Assembly: GCF_006345805.1 (NCBI RefSeq)
Contig: NC_043001.1
Span: 95,790,001 to 95,854,000 of the forward strand
Source of the DNA: Octopus sinensis
Taxonomy: Eukaryota
Direction: 5' to 3'
DNA: 64,000 nt
The notes beneath the pieces are model-generated. The model saw only the letters and a list, made by a program, of their open reading frames with translations, searched no databases and was not told the DNA's origin. The translations under genes were made by a program, and so were the position numbers. Positions 13,346-28,064 of this stretch are shown here, piece after piece (within the stretch, counting starts at the first letter, position 1; each line of letters opens with the position of its first letter).

Positions 13346-16300
13346 TTATAGACATATGTATCGATATATGTGTGCGCGTGTTTATTGCTTGTTTTTGATG
13401 TCGTTTCTCTCCGCCTGTAAAAACCGTCACAGCGAAAATGCACCCACAATGTTACAAGCTCCTACAGACATAACGGCATTGCAGTAGCACAACGACAAAG
13501 CGAATCACATCAACTTCCTGTATTTATTACGAATAGACCACGCATAGGATTGGTTGGCTACAGCCGGACACTGTGCCCATCGCCATTTTCGATGTAGCGT
13601 CTCTGGTCATCGTCAACAATGACAGAAAAACTATATGAATGTTTGTTCCTTGTTTCGGCCTTCTTAAATTTACGCGCCAAGCTACTTATGCACATCAGGG
13701 ATTCTAAATTTTATAGTAACCTATATCTAAAACATAAGTATGAAAATAAAATTTCAATACTCCACTTGTACGCAGAGTATTGACTAGCCAGATATCAGGA
13801 CTCTATATCCACATAATATTTGACAATGTTAGTTCATCGGCCTGAAGTGCTTCAGGAGAAAAGTTTTAAAAAGAAACCACAAGAATAATTACACCAAAAA
13901 TTATGAAATTATTCTATAAATGGGCAGTGGGATAGAATTTCTTGTTTAAATAGTTCTTGTAAATAAAAAACCAACTCATAAAATACGCGTATTCATTGAA
14001 TATTGATATTGTATAATATTACAAAAGGACAATGAGCTTTCGCATATTAATGCATATCTGAAGAAAAGCCGAGATAATGCGTGAAATATCGAAGACTTTT
14101 AAAAAAGAATGTAAATCGACTGGGATTTAAAAGTAATGAATGGGAATTTCCTATGGATATGGGCACACACACACACATACATCTGTGTGTGCTCGCGGTT
14201 CCGTCAATTATTATTTCCTCATTACATGTAATGCAATTTTACTGAATTTATATTTATCTAATGACCAATGGAATATTTTACTTACTAGAAACTGATTTTC
14301 TTTTATAGTTGTACATTCATTCTCTTCTTCTATTTGCTAGGCTGCATTTTCGATATCACAAATTAAGTTGTAATTCTGTCTCGACAACAATGACACATCT
14401 ACTACCTTTTGTTTGAGAACATCTACTAACCGTTATTTACCAAGAAGATCCCTGCCCTTGTGTATGACAGAGACGCCGTTTGATAAAATAGTGGTCAGTG
14501 GTCTTGAGTCTACTTCTAAAAAACCCTCCGGATGTATACTAAATTTAACTGAAGTATTTAGCTTTGAATAGAATAGTATGGCTTCTAATTCATCATTGTC
14601 TGTGTCATTTTAGTCAATCAAATGAAGGACCGAATATATAAGCATGCTGCAATGTGCAACTCTTGCCAATTTAAATCGGTTTTAAGCTAGATAATTCGCT
14701 TATAAAGCATCTTAATCCTTCATATGTATATGAATGGTTAGAAGTAAAAATTAGGCCGAGGAATAGAACTAGAGAATGTTTCTACAAGGTTGAACGTACG
14801 CAAGCCCAAAATTTGTGATCACCATCAAACTCTTGTACATACAAATTAATAACTATGTATTTAATAAAATATATTGAGTAATCCATCTTATTAAATATAA
14901 TTGTACATACCTTGCCAAAATTTTCTTTCATTTGGGCAAGTATACTCTTGTTTTAGATAGAAAGGGAAATGAAGATGGACATCTACTAGCTTATTTCTTG
15001 TTATAGATGTAAAGATTTTGGCTACTTAAGGGAGGCCCTTCGTTACCATAAGAAAGGCCCTCCTTACCATAAGAAAACAACGTAGCTGTCGAAAAAGCTA
15101 TAATTCATATTAGAAATATTAGTTCATATTCATTAATATTTTTTCTGTTGATTATATCTTCCGTTTTCTATCTCTGACATAGCAAAGCCATTGCGCTATA
15201 AATCTCGTAAGAAAATTACATCGGGTTTAGACGACTGAAAAGAATGTGCAATATGAAATTAAAACATCGCAATAACAACTAGCAAGACCTCCACCTCCGC
15301 GCGTTTGACACATGCATATGTATCTTCTGTTGAGAAAAATATTGTGGAGCAGGTATTTTACTGAAATGAAAGTCAATCTCACAAGACAAAATTTAGAGAA
15401 CATTAAAGAATTTACGATTTCGTAACTAAATTAATAAATTACAAAATATTCTGAACCTTTTCGCAAAGCCTTTTCTGATATTCCTGTGTATATATAAAAA
15501 CAGCGGGCACGATTCTCGGTAACCATCTAAAGCCAGCTAATGATGTTAGCATTAAGTGCAAGTGCTTTTCTTTTGTTATATAGGGGAAGAAAGCATAACA
15601 CTTAAATATTAAAATTCTAAGTTCTGACACTCATAGTTTAACATTTGTCATTTTAAATTATTTGACAGCTCAACATATTTTACTAAAAGTGTAGAAAGAC
15701 GAGTGAGATGCGGAATGATATAGAGAGGTACAGAGAAGTCAAATTAATGAATAAACGAATATGTGTTTAAAAGGTATATGTATATATATAATTTATAAGA
15801 CTGGCAAATAAGAGCAATAAAATCAGGTAGTGTAAAATTATAAGTGAAAATAATAGATGCAGGCACTATAAGATGGTTCCCGAAACTAAGAAAACAGGAG
15901 CTAGATTCGGTTAATATAAGCAGCGCATATTTCAAAAGTAGGTGCGCAAAAGCCAATACGAATGTCTCAGCTTTATGATTATATAATTGATTGGCTGTCA
16001 AGCTAGAAAAGGCAGGAAAATGGAGTAGGTGAGTATATTAGAGCACTGGTGCCGTTTAAAGAGTAAGGTTGGAATGAGTGACAGAAATAAATTCAAACTA
16101 TTATATAAAATAAGACGAAAGGGGAAGTAAAATTTAAAATAGAACTGACGTGTAGAGATATTTAAGTTGACAGAACAGGGCAAACAGCTGATCGGTTGCT
16201 AAATAATACAGCGAAAGCGAGAGCAACTTTGTTATTAATATTATTTTTATTTGTATTCTTCTTGTATTTGCTTCCCGCACTGTCAAGGTGAGTTATTTTG

Positions 16301-16449
16301 GACTACGTGAGGCGTAATATACTAACTAGATTTAAACGTGGGAAATTTATATTTTATTTGTGTACACCAGGTGGACAAAAATAGTACATTAATTCATATC
16401 ATTTTTTACATTTACAGGGTTTTTTTCCGTAAATTCTCAATATAGGCTA

Positions 16450-16615
16450 AGGAGTGGCTGTGTGATAAGTAACTTGCTTACGGACCACATAGATCCGTGT
16501 TCAGACCAGATGCGGGGTACCTTCGGCAAGTGTCTTCTACTATAGCCTGGGGTCGACCAAAGCCTTGTGAGTGGATTTGGTAGACGGAAACTGAAAGAAG
16601 CCGGTCGTAATTATG

Positions 16616-16661
<46 letters not shown>

Positions 16662-16818
16662 TATATGTGTGTGTGTGTGTGTGTTTGTGTGTCTCCGTCC
16701 CCGTAAGCCAGCGGTTCGGCAAAAGAGTCCGATAGAATAAGTGTTAGGCCTACAAAAGATAACTCCTGAGGTTGATTTGGCCACAGTGAAATGACTGAAA
16801 CAAGTAAAAGGGTAAAGA
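16450..16818 (+). mobile_element. tRNA-derived SINE, family 1, near full length
   Basis: AGGAGTGGCTGTGTGATAAGTAACTTGCTTAC head, central (TA/TATG/TG)n, tail CGGTTCGGCAAAAGAGTCCGATAGAATAAG...GACTGAAACAAGTAAAAG. Confidence 0.9.
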
Positions 16819-18189
16819 AAAAGAGTAAACTAGTTACTTGGCAAATGCAGAGAAGATACCTCTTTAAAAATATATATTGCAAATAAGTAAAACATTACAG
16901 GAATCTCAATAGTTTTCAAACTAGACCTGATATTTCAAAAGTTAAATTTTTCTGATATTCAAGCATACAATTTCACCTTATACCATAAATTATACTATAC
17001 ACGTGATTTTCGTTTGAGATAGATATCATATTGTCTAAACCCAGTGTAGGCATATCACTATAATTTTTTTTTCTGTAGTTGTTGTTCTGTCGCAATTTGT
17101 TCAAGCAATGAACAGGAAGAATAGGTTTGAACAGACTGCTAGAAAACTGCATTCAAAGCCACTGCGGTTTTCAAAACGTTTGTATGTGCTCTACCCCCTT
17201 GCATGTATATATGCATTCATGTATGTATTTATGTATGTATGTGTGCGTATGTGTGTACGTTTCCTTCTGTCTGGGTACCAGTTAGTATGTGCGTCATTGT
17301 GTAATCTATCCATTTGTATGAAACGTTTACCGATTTTCATTTACTTGGATGTTTCAACTCGGAAACTCGACGCTTAAGGGGGAATCACAAGCCAAATATA
17401 TTGCTCATTAAGATCGAATCCGAAACCGTTAGATTCCATAGTAAACTTCACACCCATCCAACACCCATAACGGCTTGTTTGATTATTTTTATGCAAAACA
17501 GGCATTAAAATATTTCACTATAGTCTATTGTGAAAATCTGTTCGCACAGCAAAATTAAATCATGCGAATCATGAAAGATTATATTTAGCTCAGATTTAAG
17601 AGAAGTATTACTACTAATGTATAACATAGCACGATGTACATTCAAGCATAAACTCCAGCAAATATGAATAATTCATACATAGTAGAGAAGATATTTAGTT
17701 AAAAACAGTATTTTTGATCATACAGTTTCAAACCTGGTCTTTAGAAATGCATATTTATTAATATTAATTATGCTTAAAATAACTTAGCTTTTAATAATAA
17801 CTTATCCATAATTCCATGGAGGTAGTGCATAGTATGCAGGGTTACAATGCGTTAGAACTTGATTCTTATGTTAAATCTTAATTCCGTACATTGCTACTGG
17901 GAACGAAAATGTTCTGTTGCTTTAACAATGAGTTAATCTGTAATAAACTGAACAGGGGATTAGAGTAAGAAAGAAGAAAAGCGGAAAGGATGAAAGTGAC
18001 TTGAAATAAGATTTGTACACGAAACAGTGGTACACACGTTATATAATTTACATTTATCTTTCTAAGGGTGTTATGTGTTATGTATACTCAAATGAGATCT
18101 ATGTGAAGAAACTTCGCATAATGGTTTAGGGTATTAGGCTAATTATTTTAATATTATGAGTTCGATAATGCCTTGTATCCCTTATCAAG

Positions 18190-18400
18190 CCACTTTATTT
18201 CACGCTACCGTATCCATTAAGCTGAAAAAAGACCCAGTAGTTCATACATTACAAACAGCCGGTCTCATCACATTCTCTGTCACATTCAATCCCCTCTAGA
18301 ACTACAATAATATTAAGCGTTAATTTTACGAGCCGACTGTTTCATTTATCAGATTAACTAGAGAACGCGTCGTCGTAACCGATGGAGAACCATTTGATAT
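18190..18400 (+). mobile_element. Degenerate SINE-like repeat, family 3 (3-prime part)
   Basis: TCTCTGTCACATTCAATCCCCTCTAGAACTAC...CTGTTTCATTTATCAGATTAACTAGAGAACGCGTCGTCGTAACCGATGGAG; a related copy lies in reverse at ~47890-48110. Confidence 0.45.
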
Positions 18401-19039
18401 TCATCCAGTTAATTTCTCTTTGCAGCTTTATGTTAAAATGCAACACATTCGGGAATTCTGAAGTTTTATATATATATATCTATATATATATATATATATA
18501 TATTGCATTCATTTGCATAAGTTATGGTATTATTTAATTTGCGTGTTTTGCAACAATGATCAAACAACAAAAATAAGTGTTACTATGTATCATGTTAAGA
18601 AGTGCGTTTTCAGGTAGCAACAGTTAGATTATTTCATTATTTAATAAATAAACTACTTAACTGTATATACTTCCGACTCTTTATGAACGGCACTCAAATC
18701 CCACCGATATCGAACTTGCATTTCATTCTTTCTGGGATGACACAATTAAAGAATTTTGTGGGTGAACTTCCTAAACGCTTTTGAGCTGGCAGAAAAAGAA
18801 AGAAATGTCAGACAAAAAGGTATTTGCTTTGAAGCATTTCTTCAAGTTCTTCACAGTTGATTTCCCGCCGATGTCCACATTTTTCTTCATTCAAACGGTC
18901 GCGAAAAAAAAAATTCTCCTGAATAAAATTGCACCAGCGATTTCCTTCACTACAAAAAGGTTCTTTTGTTTGTAACTAAAAAAACTATTACGGATGGGGC
19001 AGAATCTTTATAATGTCCAGAAATTGTTTGAAGGGTTTT

Positions 19040-19200
19040 CGGGCTCTTTACGTTCTCCCAATCTCAACTTTATTTTCCGTCGGGGTCGACTTTATTTTTC
19101 GCCGGGGTCGACAATACTATGTACCAGTCAATAACCATGATCAATGGTATCAAATAACACTTCCTCACAAACTTGCTGGGCTTGTGTGGAAAACAATATC
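19040..19200 (+). mobile_element. Degenerate SINE, family 2 fragment
   Basis: TTTACGTTCT...GGGGTCGACTTT...GTACCAGTC...CAAACTTGCTGGGCTTGTG; related to 21806 and 54262. Confidence 0.5.
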
Positions 19201-20951
19201 CATTTTATAAAAGTGTTTGATTTAACATTAATGTTACCATTTTTCTATACATATTGAACTTGCTTCGTTGTTATATATTAGCAAATTATTATATTTTCAT
19301 GACGGTAAATATGTACAAACTACAAATTATGGTTAGGAATAACTCAGACAAAATATAAGCAGGTTCATCGTTTCTCTCGGCATTTGCGATGCTGCAGTAG
19401 ACTGTTTTGTTTTTGAAGTTAGTTTTAGTTTAAAATTTATAGTGTGATTTGCTTAAGAATTGCGAGACAATGGGAATTTTGAACACTTTCACTGAAATAT
19501 ATGCAGGCATAAATGTAGGGCTATAATCGCCATTACACTTTACATGAATGCATATGTTCGTTTCAACATGCATACACACATCTATTTTATGTTCTATATT
19601 TCAATAACCCCAACTAAATATTGATGCTGGTCTCAATTATTTTGATTGAGCGAAGTTGGAAATATGTCTCTGCATATTATATTACAAAATATGCGAAATA
19701 CTAAAAAGATATATTATTTTTATTCAGAGTTAACATTAAAAATTTAACAAAGTTTTTAGTGACTTTTTATGTGTGTGATGTTTTACCTTGTCAGGTTACA
19801 TCATAAAATACTATCACCATTGTCGTTGCTTCTGTAACCATACTAGCATATATTTAGAAAGTTAGATCTAAAACCACAATTTACATTGTAACTCAGTTCT
19901 AATAATACAGCAGTCAGTAGTTTGATGGGTATTTGCAAACAATTTCTAGCAGCTAAATAGAAATATATACATTCTCTCATTGGTTCAAATCTCATAATAA
20001 ATTGCGCTTTCATTATATAATTATTTTGATTTAAATCGTCTGCTTAACATGCCGTGTATCATTTGAAATTGAAACATAAGACGATACAATATATCTGCTA
20101 CTTTTGTTGTCGTTGCTGGAGATACTGCTACTAATATTACTAGTACCACTGCTGCTGCTACTACTACCAGGTACAACGACGACAACGACTTCAACGATGA
20201 CCACGACAATGACCACGGTGTGACATTAAAAGCTACATTTTTAATACATTTTTAGGTTTAAAGATGGTAAGATATATGAAAGTGTCCAGTCGCAGCTCGC
20301 TAATCGGAAAAGAACTAAAGATTACCTGAATGTCAAGCAAAAGATCGACGATATATATCATAGAAAATTTTGATGTGTAAATACGATGAGGTGTATACTA
20401 CGGAACATTTTTAAGCATTACCATTTATTTGAGTTTGAATTATAAGGCAAAAACGTTTTTTTCTTCTAATGAGATTGATTTGGGTAAAACTTTATTCTTG
20501 GATATATTTTGGTTAGAAATAGAGTGGAACCAGAGTGTGGCGCATAAATCGTTGGATGTAGCCTTCTCAATAAATAAACATTTATTTCAGAACTAGCGCT
20601 ATGACCCGGCGTTACCGGGTCTAGTGCTAGGACTTGTTGTTCGTTGCCCGGTCGCATTAAAAGTGTCTCACTAAATCAAGAGCTAAGTTTCTTATTACAT
20701 TTCAGTCCCGGCCAGTTGTGTTGCCTATGAGCTAGTTGGAGCTTTTCATGGGTTCAATTAATATTCATTGAATTTCGGTTTTCACACCTGGAACGGTATA
20801 ATCATGGACTGTGCACATGCCATTAGTCGGACAAAATGGGAGGCAGAAGAAATTGAAAAACTCGAATTTGGCCGCAAGATAACGTATGAGAATAAGGGGT
20901 CGGTTTATCGAGTTTTTAAATGGCTTTCTGGGTTGACTGGGAAAATGAAAA

Positions 20952-21393
20952 GGAATCTTTTCGGTTTTAACGGCAGTTTTTAACATAATTTCTATGTAAC
21001 TAAAAAGTTTTTCAACTTCGTATACTGGTAGAATATGTTTATAAAACATCTTTTTCTCTTGGCTTTATTGAGAAAATTCTATAGTTTGTAAAATATTTGT
21101 TGTTTTTTCTTCAATTTCTGCAATTTCAACCAATCACTGACGTTCATTGAGGTAAAAAGCATTCTGTGCCGTATGAATATGTCCCTCGTTTAAGAAACAG
21201 ATTGGATTTATTTACATTTGTGAAGAAAAAAAATACCGTTCCCTCCACCCATAACCCTAACCCTAACTAACTCTAACTAACCCTAACCCTAAAAGAGGTT
21301 GAAATGCAATAGATCTATACTAGCGTCATACTTATGGGTGACAATTTCATATGACACCGCTAGAAAAAACTGCCGTTGAAAACGAAAAGATCC
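20952..21393. mobile_element. MITE with ~30-bp TIRs and internal TAACCC repeats
   Basis: Left GGAATCTTTTCGGTTTTAACGGCAGTTTTT and right AAAAAACTGCCGTTGAAAACGAAAAGATCC are inverted repeats. (TAACCC)-like run at 21252-21291. Confidence 0.75.
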
Positions 21394-21805
21394 ATGAAAA
21401 GATCTTCACGACAATCCCCATAGAAAATGCGAGCCTTTTACGTGAAAAACTGGGGATTTGTGTAAAGGACACACAGATACACAGACCTTTTGCCGTTAAT
21501 AGATATAGAGATGATACAAATTATGTGCATCTCCGTTTAATCAATAATGCTTATTACTGCAGTTCATAAAGATGTAACCGTACATATAACGGCTTCATTC
21601 ATACATCATACTAAATCAATACACTTCGCTTAGATTTATTCGATAAAACAGATACTGAGAATATGCATAATGTTGTTATATCTACAATAATTAATTTATG
21701 TATAACTTCCATTTGAAAAATATTCCGTGCAAGTGAAATTCTTGTTTAACTTTTAAAATAAGCATATATCCTGATTAATTAATATAAATTGTATTTGCAT
21801 GTAAT

Positions 21806-21935
21806 GAGGCGGCGCGCTGACAGAATTGTTTGCATGCAAGGCTAAATGCGTAGTGTCATTCGTGTGTCTTTACATTCTGAGTTCAAATTCTTCCGAGGTT
21901 TGACTTTTCTTTCATCATTTTGGTTTCGATCGATT
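21806..21935 (+). mobile_element. tRNA-derived SINE, family 2 (5-prime part)
   Basis: GAGGCGGCGCGCTGACAGAATTG (A-box like) ... TTCTGAGTTCAAATTC (B-box like GTTCAAAT). Confidence 0.65.
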
Positions 21936-22431
21936 AAGTCGACTTCTGGGGTTATAGGAAATCGTGTAACGTCTACTCAAGAAATGTCAGGCATTTTAGG
22001 TTTAGTAGAAATGATCATTTTGGAGGGTCTAATACTAAATTTATGTCAAGACCTTCCTCTTCTATATCAAGATAAAATCAGAAAATATATGGCTTTGGAG
22101 GGATAGTTAAGTGGAAACATTAGCCAGACCTTTTTATATGTTGCTAATTCTGTTAATCGGAAAACAAGCACTCAAACATTTTTGATATATAATATCTAAA
22201 TCACATATTAAAAGTTACTCATTGCCTTTCAAATACGTTCTTTCATTCGCAATTTAAATATATATATTCCTCTCGTTAATAAACATTTGCATTACTAGAT
22301 ATCTCGCCCCACGTTGAAATTTCCGAATATAAAACTTATATTTCATTGACTTATATATTACAAGGATCTCATTTACCATGTAATTCAAAAGAGCATGTGC
22401 TTTGAGTTGCGCAATTGCACCTTATAGATTA

Positions 22432-22766
22432 CTCATTTACATGTTTCAGTCATTTGAATGTGGCCATGCTGGAGCACCGCCTTTAGTCGAGCAAATCGAC
22501 TCCGGGACATATTCTTTGTAAGCCTAGTACTTATTTCATCGGTCTCTCTTGCCGAACCGCTATGTTACGAGGACATATAAACACAGACACATACATATAA
22601 ACATACATATATGCGACGGGCTAGTTTCAGTTTCCATCTACCAAATCCACTCACAAGGCTTTGGTCGGCCCGAGGCTATAGTAGAAGGCACCTACCCAAG
22701 GTGCCAGGCAGTGAGAATAAACCCGGAACCATGTGGTTTGTAAGCAAGCTACTTACCACGCAGCCA
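22432..22766 (-). mobile_element. tRNA-derived SINE, family 1, near full length
   Basis: Reverse complement of the same head, body and tail as 16450-16818. Confidence 0.9.
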
Positions 22767-25480
22767 TGTAACAGCTTTATATGAGAATCGGTACTGATGT
22801 AACCAAAACTTAATGCATACATCTCCTACTCTTTATTTACTTGTCTCTAATAGTGAATTTTACCTGTAGCCAATACTCTGTGACAAATATGTACTCCATT
22901 AGACAGGAAGAAGCATATCACGCATATCTTCATAGTTTATTACACATTTAGAAAAGAAAATTTAAAGCAGGATTCATTATTTAGCATAACGCAACAGTCA
23001 TTTAACAAAAATATGTAGAGTATAGATACCAGGAAATTATCTAGATGAGGAAATTATACGCTAGCAACATATACTAGTTTGTAGCATGTATACATATACA
23101 TATTACACTTTGTCAACTATATTCATGTAATATTTAGTGATTAGGAATTGTTACACTGAAGTTAGAAGACTTCAAACGAGACGAACTCAATTAATCGATG
23201 AATGTGTTTATATTTTTTTCTGGAAAGCAAAAGTAGTTTTTTTTTTCTGTATATTTGAGTCGATACTTTAAAGTAGCAAATAAGACAGTTAATAGATTGC
23301 ACTTACTTTATTTATTATTTATGCACACTTTTAGTACTAGTTAATGTATCACACTTTTTGCGACTGATAACACTTTGAGTCTAAGAATTTCTTGATGAAA
23401 ACAAGCAGTCTATCTTTACTAAGTCTTTCCCGACTGACTCGCCAAGAACGGTGATGCCATCAAAATATAAATAAACGTCTCCGGTGCTTGCCAAAATAAT
23501 GAAAATATTTTATTTTTGTTGATTTTTATAAAGTAGATTATCAATGTTCTTTGCATATATTAACACTAAGATAGGTGTTCATTTCACGAAATGCATTGAC
23601 AAAAGTATATTTTGAAACTACCGTCAAAATATGCTGATTGTTTATTATTTAGTGGCAGTCGAAGTAAAGTTACCCCAGTGATATATTTTTGGTATAAATG
23701 TATCAATTCTTCGCATTATCTTCCGTACAATGTTGTGTATCTGCTTTGTGATTCCACTTTTTAAAAGAAAGCATATGTTTCGCAGTGTGGTTCTTGCTGG
23801 AAGAAGACGTATTCAATGTTGTCTCCCATATTTCACATAATGAATAATTCTATTTTACTATTTGTTGAGCCTTCTTCGCAACTTATATATTTCTTAACTC
23901 TCGATACTAAATACTGCAAGGTAATACTTTCATTAATCCGTGTTTCTTCAATTAACTGTATAATTGAAAACAGGTACGAAAATGAGGTCACGGTTTTACT
24001 ACGGAAATACCTTAATAATTGCTTTTGACATGGATAAAATATCATCATATTATAAAACTTACAATTGTTCTTATAGTAATGTTTCTTATAAATTCATCAC
24101 TTCAGAAAATTTTAACCGCCCATTCTTTTCCATGAAATTTGACCCACTGAAATAATTAAGACTACTATCTTATTGAAATCACTGCACATGCTTTGACATT
24201 CACAATCTTACTAAGATCTTTTCGTAGAATTTTTATTATTGGAAAATTGAAACAAGAGAACAACCGAAAAAACAACCTACGCTACAAAGTCACGTCCTTA
24301 GAATTTTTGATTACAAACCATCTCCATATATAAAGGTTAAGTTTCAATATCCCGAGACCGTATTAATTAGGCACAAGTGTCAGATTAAACGAGTATGTCT
24401 TTGACTAAATCAGGATAGTCTAAATCAGTATAGCTATAGCAGAAAACAAACACGTACTGACTAATATGAATCATTCACACATATCATTTTTTCTAGAAAT
24501 TATGGTATAAAACAAACTAAATAAAAATACCTTTTCAATTTATGTGCATTTTAAAAGAAAGTTTGTACAGTCTGCTTTGACATTCATAGAACTATGAGGA
24601 AATGATATGATTCTGGATAGGACTCTTCTACACCACGGAAGGAAGTGTAAAAGGAATAAATAATCACATTACGAAACGGAGGTCAAATTCACAGAGCCTC
24701 TCTCTTGATAAGGAATTTTCCTTTTGTCAATGTGCCTGATTTTAGAGGCGTAAACATATTTTATATGTACACAATGCGTTCAGTTTTAAGCTTAATCTCT
24801 AGTACCACATACATTTCAATATCCGTGGCTCTGTATGGAGTACGGATATCAAATTATTTAAATGTAAATTAAATATATTTGAACAACAACATAATCTACG
24901 TTACGAGTTAAAATCATTACAAATCCAACGGGATTAAGCTTTAGTAATAATGAAATATTATTTTCAAAACATTGGAACACTCTTCAAAGTTGTAGCTTGA
25001 AAATCAATTAATAGATTTTTTCTCTCTCTCCGCTTTAATTTTCAAAATCTAATTCGACACTCACAAGGATTCCTGTAAGTTGATTCGAATTTGGAGATAA
25101 ATTTCAATTAAAGAGATCTTGTTAATGCAAATTTACTTCAACATGTTTCTCCAACCGACGCCATCAGTTGTAATTTTAATGTGTATTTGAATATACATTA
25201 TCATTATATCCATAAATATTATCTGCCTACACACGCCATAAATATGTTTGATAATTCAAATTGGTGCACATGATTACATTCATAATTATTTTTGAAATAA
25301 TAATAGCTACGATAATAATTGTAACCCCGTTCTTATTAAATTTGTCCCACTCAAGATCGTATTAATATATTATGATAATGCTTCATATTACGTATTTTCT
25401 TACGCATCCAAGAACAATTCATTAACATCCTATTTCACTTTGTATTTATATAAATAAATACGCACAAACATTTAAGCAAA

Positions 25481-25699
25481 TACGAGGGCATGCTGAAAAG
25501 CTTATGAATTTAAGTGTGTCGCGAAAGGCCTTGTTGGAGGACCGAGCCTCCGAGTTCTTTTGCAGGACATAGAAAACTGAAGGACCGCTGCAATACGTGC
25601 GTGAATCTGAAACGGGAATATGCTGGATAAAATCATAATTAACAGATCTTCCTGTATTTTCTTTAACCTAAAACCAGGACCTTTGCAGCACCCTTCCGT
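25481..25699. mobile_element. mariner-type MITE
   Basis: TIR-like ends TACGAGGGCATGCTGAAAAG ... CTTTGCAGCACCCTTCCGT, similar to the TA-CGAGGG mariner terminus. Confidence 0.75.
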
Positions 25700-25879
25700 T
25701 CATGTGTGTGTTAATATGTAAGTCTCTGCCTGCCTATGGGTGAATGTGCGTACCCTGTCTAGTGAATGTGTGCATCCTATCACACAAATTACCGATTTTA
25801 GAAATTACCAGTTTAGAAAATGAGAAGCACTATAGAAATGCGTTCAGATACGCATCTTTTTCGGTTAAAAGTATATATA

Positions 25880-26010
25880 TATAGGGTGTACACGAATTCT
25901 GGGTACATGGAGTAAATAAAATCTTAACATAAACAATTAAATATAAGAAATAATAATTTCTTAAAGTATGTGTTAATCCCCATGTACCCAGACATTGTGG
26001 ACACCCTGTA
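25880..26010. mobile_element. Tc1/mariner-type MITE, ~130 bp
   Basis: TATAGGGTGTACACGAATTCTGGGTACATGG and CCATGTACCCAGACATTGTGGACACCCTGTA are ~31-bp inverted repeats with TA flanks. Confidence 0.85.
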
Positions 26011-26544
26011 TAATAATTATAATATAGCTGTACTCAAAGAACAAATGCCACTAAAACAATCAAAATGACTCGCGCAAGATCTAATAAACGAAAGAATATC
26101 TAAATTCGCCATTAAATATTATTGAGGAATTTGAAATCCAGTGAACTGCAAAGGGTGAGTATCTAATTATAAAATGCACAGTAGCTGCTAATAAAATTAT
26201 GATTTTGAATATTTCTAGATGGATTAAGATTAGCTGAACATGAGACTACATAATCTACATCAAAAATAAATAATACATTAATTTAAGTATTTTGCTGTTT
26301 CACATTAGGAGATAGAGAGAACAACTTTAGATTAAATACATGTGCTGTATTGATTTAGAATTGAAGTCTTTAGAAATATGCAGCAGTCTATATGCACAAT
26401 ACTTCTTAAAAGAGATAGAATTCCGTGCATATAGAATTTATCAGGCGGTAGTAAATGACGTAGATGATGTACGAGCTATTCAAGTCTTCCCCTCATCTAC
26501 AAGTACAGTAATCTCTGCTTGATTATGTATGGTCCCTTCTTCCC

Positions 26545-26760
26545 CTTCGTCATCCTTCATCTGCACCAAACAAGACCGAAACAATTTGACCGGTCCTTCA
26601 CAAAAGCTTATCGATCACGTGGATGTACTTCTTCAGCTATTCGCCTGCAGATCCACCAACATTTCCCTGTTGATCTTCGCCAATTCACCGCCACGTAGTT
26701 CTTGAGAATGGTGCCCCGACGTATTTGGTATCCACCACTACAATAGTGAGGTTCACCGAT
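26545..26760 (-). pseudogene. Highly decayed Tx1-like RT fragment
   Basis: Minus-strand pieces LKNYVAV / AKINREMLVDLQ / EGPVKLFGLVW parallel LKNYEAVTGAKINREKSVGLRL...DGPVELLGVWF of the Tx1 ORF2 at 41-42 kb. Confidence 0.5.
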
Positions 26761-27800
26761 CATACTGACACTGATCTATTTTACTAGGGGCTCAAACCTT
26801 TTTTGTACCGGAGTCATGTGTAGGCAGCAATGACGTACCAAGGTAATCTACGTAGGTAATCTGCCAAGCACACTGAGGCTTAGTGTCATTATTTCAGCAC
26901 CCACTACAGAACAAAGTACATATATTATTTCATAGTATTGCAGGGTGGTAACGAAATAAAAGTCATATCCCAAAATGCTACTCGCACATATTGATTCATA
27001 GATTCATCTCTCTATCCGCCCATCCAAATTTCTATCCATCCATTCATACATCCTTACATATATGCATACATACACATATACATACAAACATACATACACC
27101 CGTGTATGAATAAACAGGTACATACTTCCATACATATACATACATACAAACTATGATAGATTGATTTAAATATACATACAAGAGTGAGCAGAATCGTTCA
27201 TACTAGAGGCGTGAAATCTTGCATCAATTAATTTCCACGCTTCTTATTACTAGCACCCTTGTTTCGTTACATGAAAACTGACATATGAATGTTCAAAGAA
27301 GACTTCAAATATAAGTTGTCTTTTCTTCAAAATGCGAAAGATTTGGTATACTGGTGATATAAATACCTGCATAAAAAAGAGATTGCTGCAGATGGACATT
27401 CATACTGGAAAGATTAGGGTATGATGCTTGAAGTTTGTCAACAGTGGAAAAGTAGCCAACTGAATTTAGGAGAGGGGAGGTAGTCGATGAGGACAATAAT
27501 CGTCAATTGTAAATAATGTAAATAATGTACATAGTTCCTCATCTCTTAAATAGAAAACTGTAACAGAAATAACATTTGAACGTTCAGGCCGTTTTAGCTG
27601 ATTTATCCACTCGGCCAAAAATGATGGTTATGTTCCAAATATTGGAAACCAATTTTACAATGTTGTGTTGAAATGTTCCTGGCTTAGTGTAAAAGAAGGT
27701 CCAGAAGTATCATTTAATTATTATTTTGTTCAAGAAATTTCTCCCAGATTCATATAGTTATTGCAACGGCATTTCATGTTATCTAAGTTCTGTACACGAG

Positions 27801-27890
27801 CTCTGGCCTATAGAAGAAACATATCTCGTATTTTCCAGGGCTTTCTCAATACCCCTGAAGACTGGAATATTTCGGCACCCACTCGTATTC

Positions 27891-27930
<40 letters not shown>

Positions 27931-28023
27931 TATAAGAGGTCTGGTCTATAGAAAAACCATACCTGGTACTTTTACAGTGCTTTCTCAATATACCCGAAGA
28001 CTTGAATATTTCGGCACCCATCG

Positions 28024-28064
<41 letters not shown>

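Noticed and set aside
18670-18830. Possible mariner transposase C-terminal remnant
   Set aside because: Only vague similarity; no TIR or diagnostic YSPDL motif is readable.
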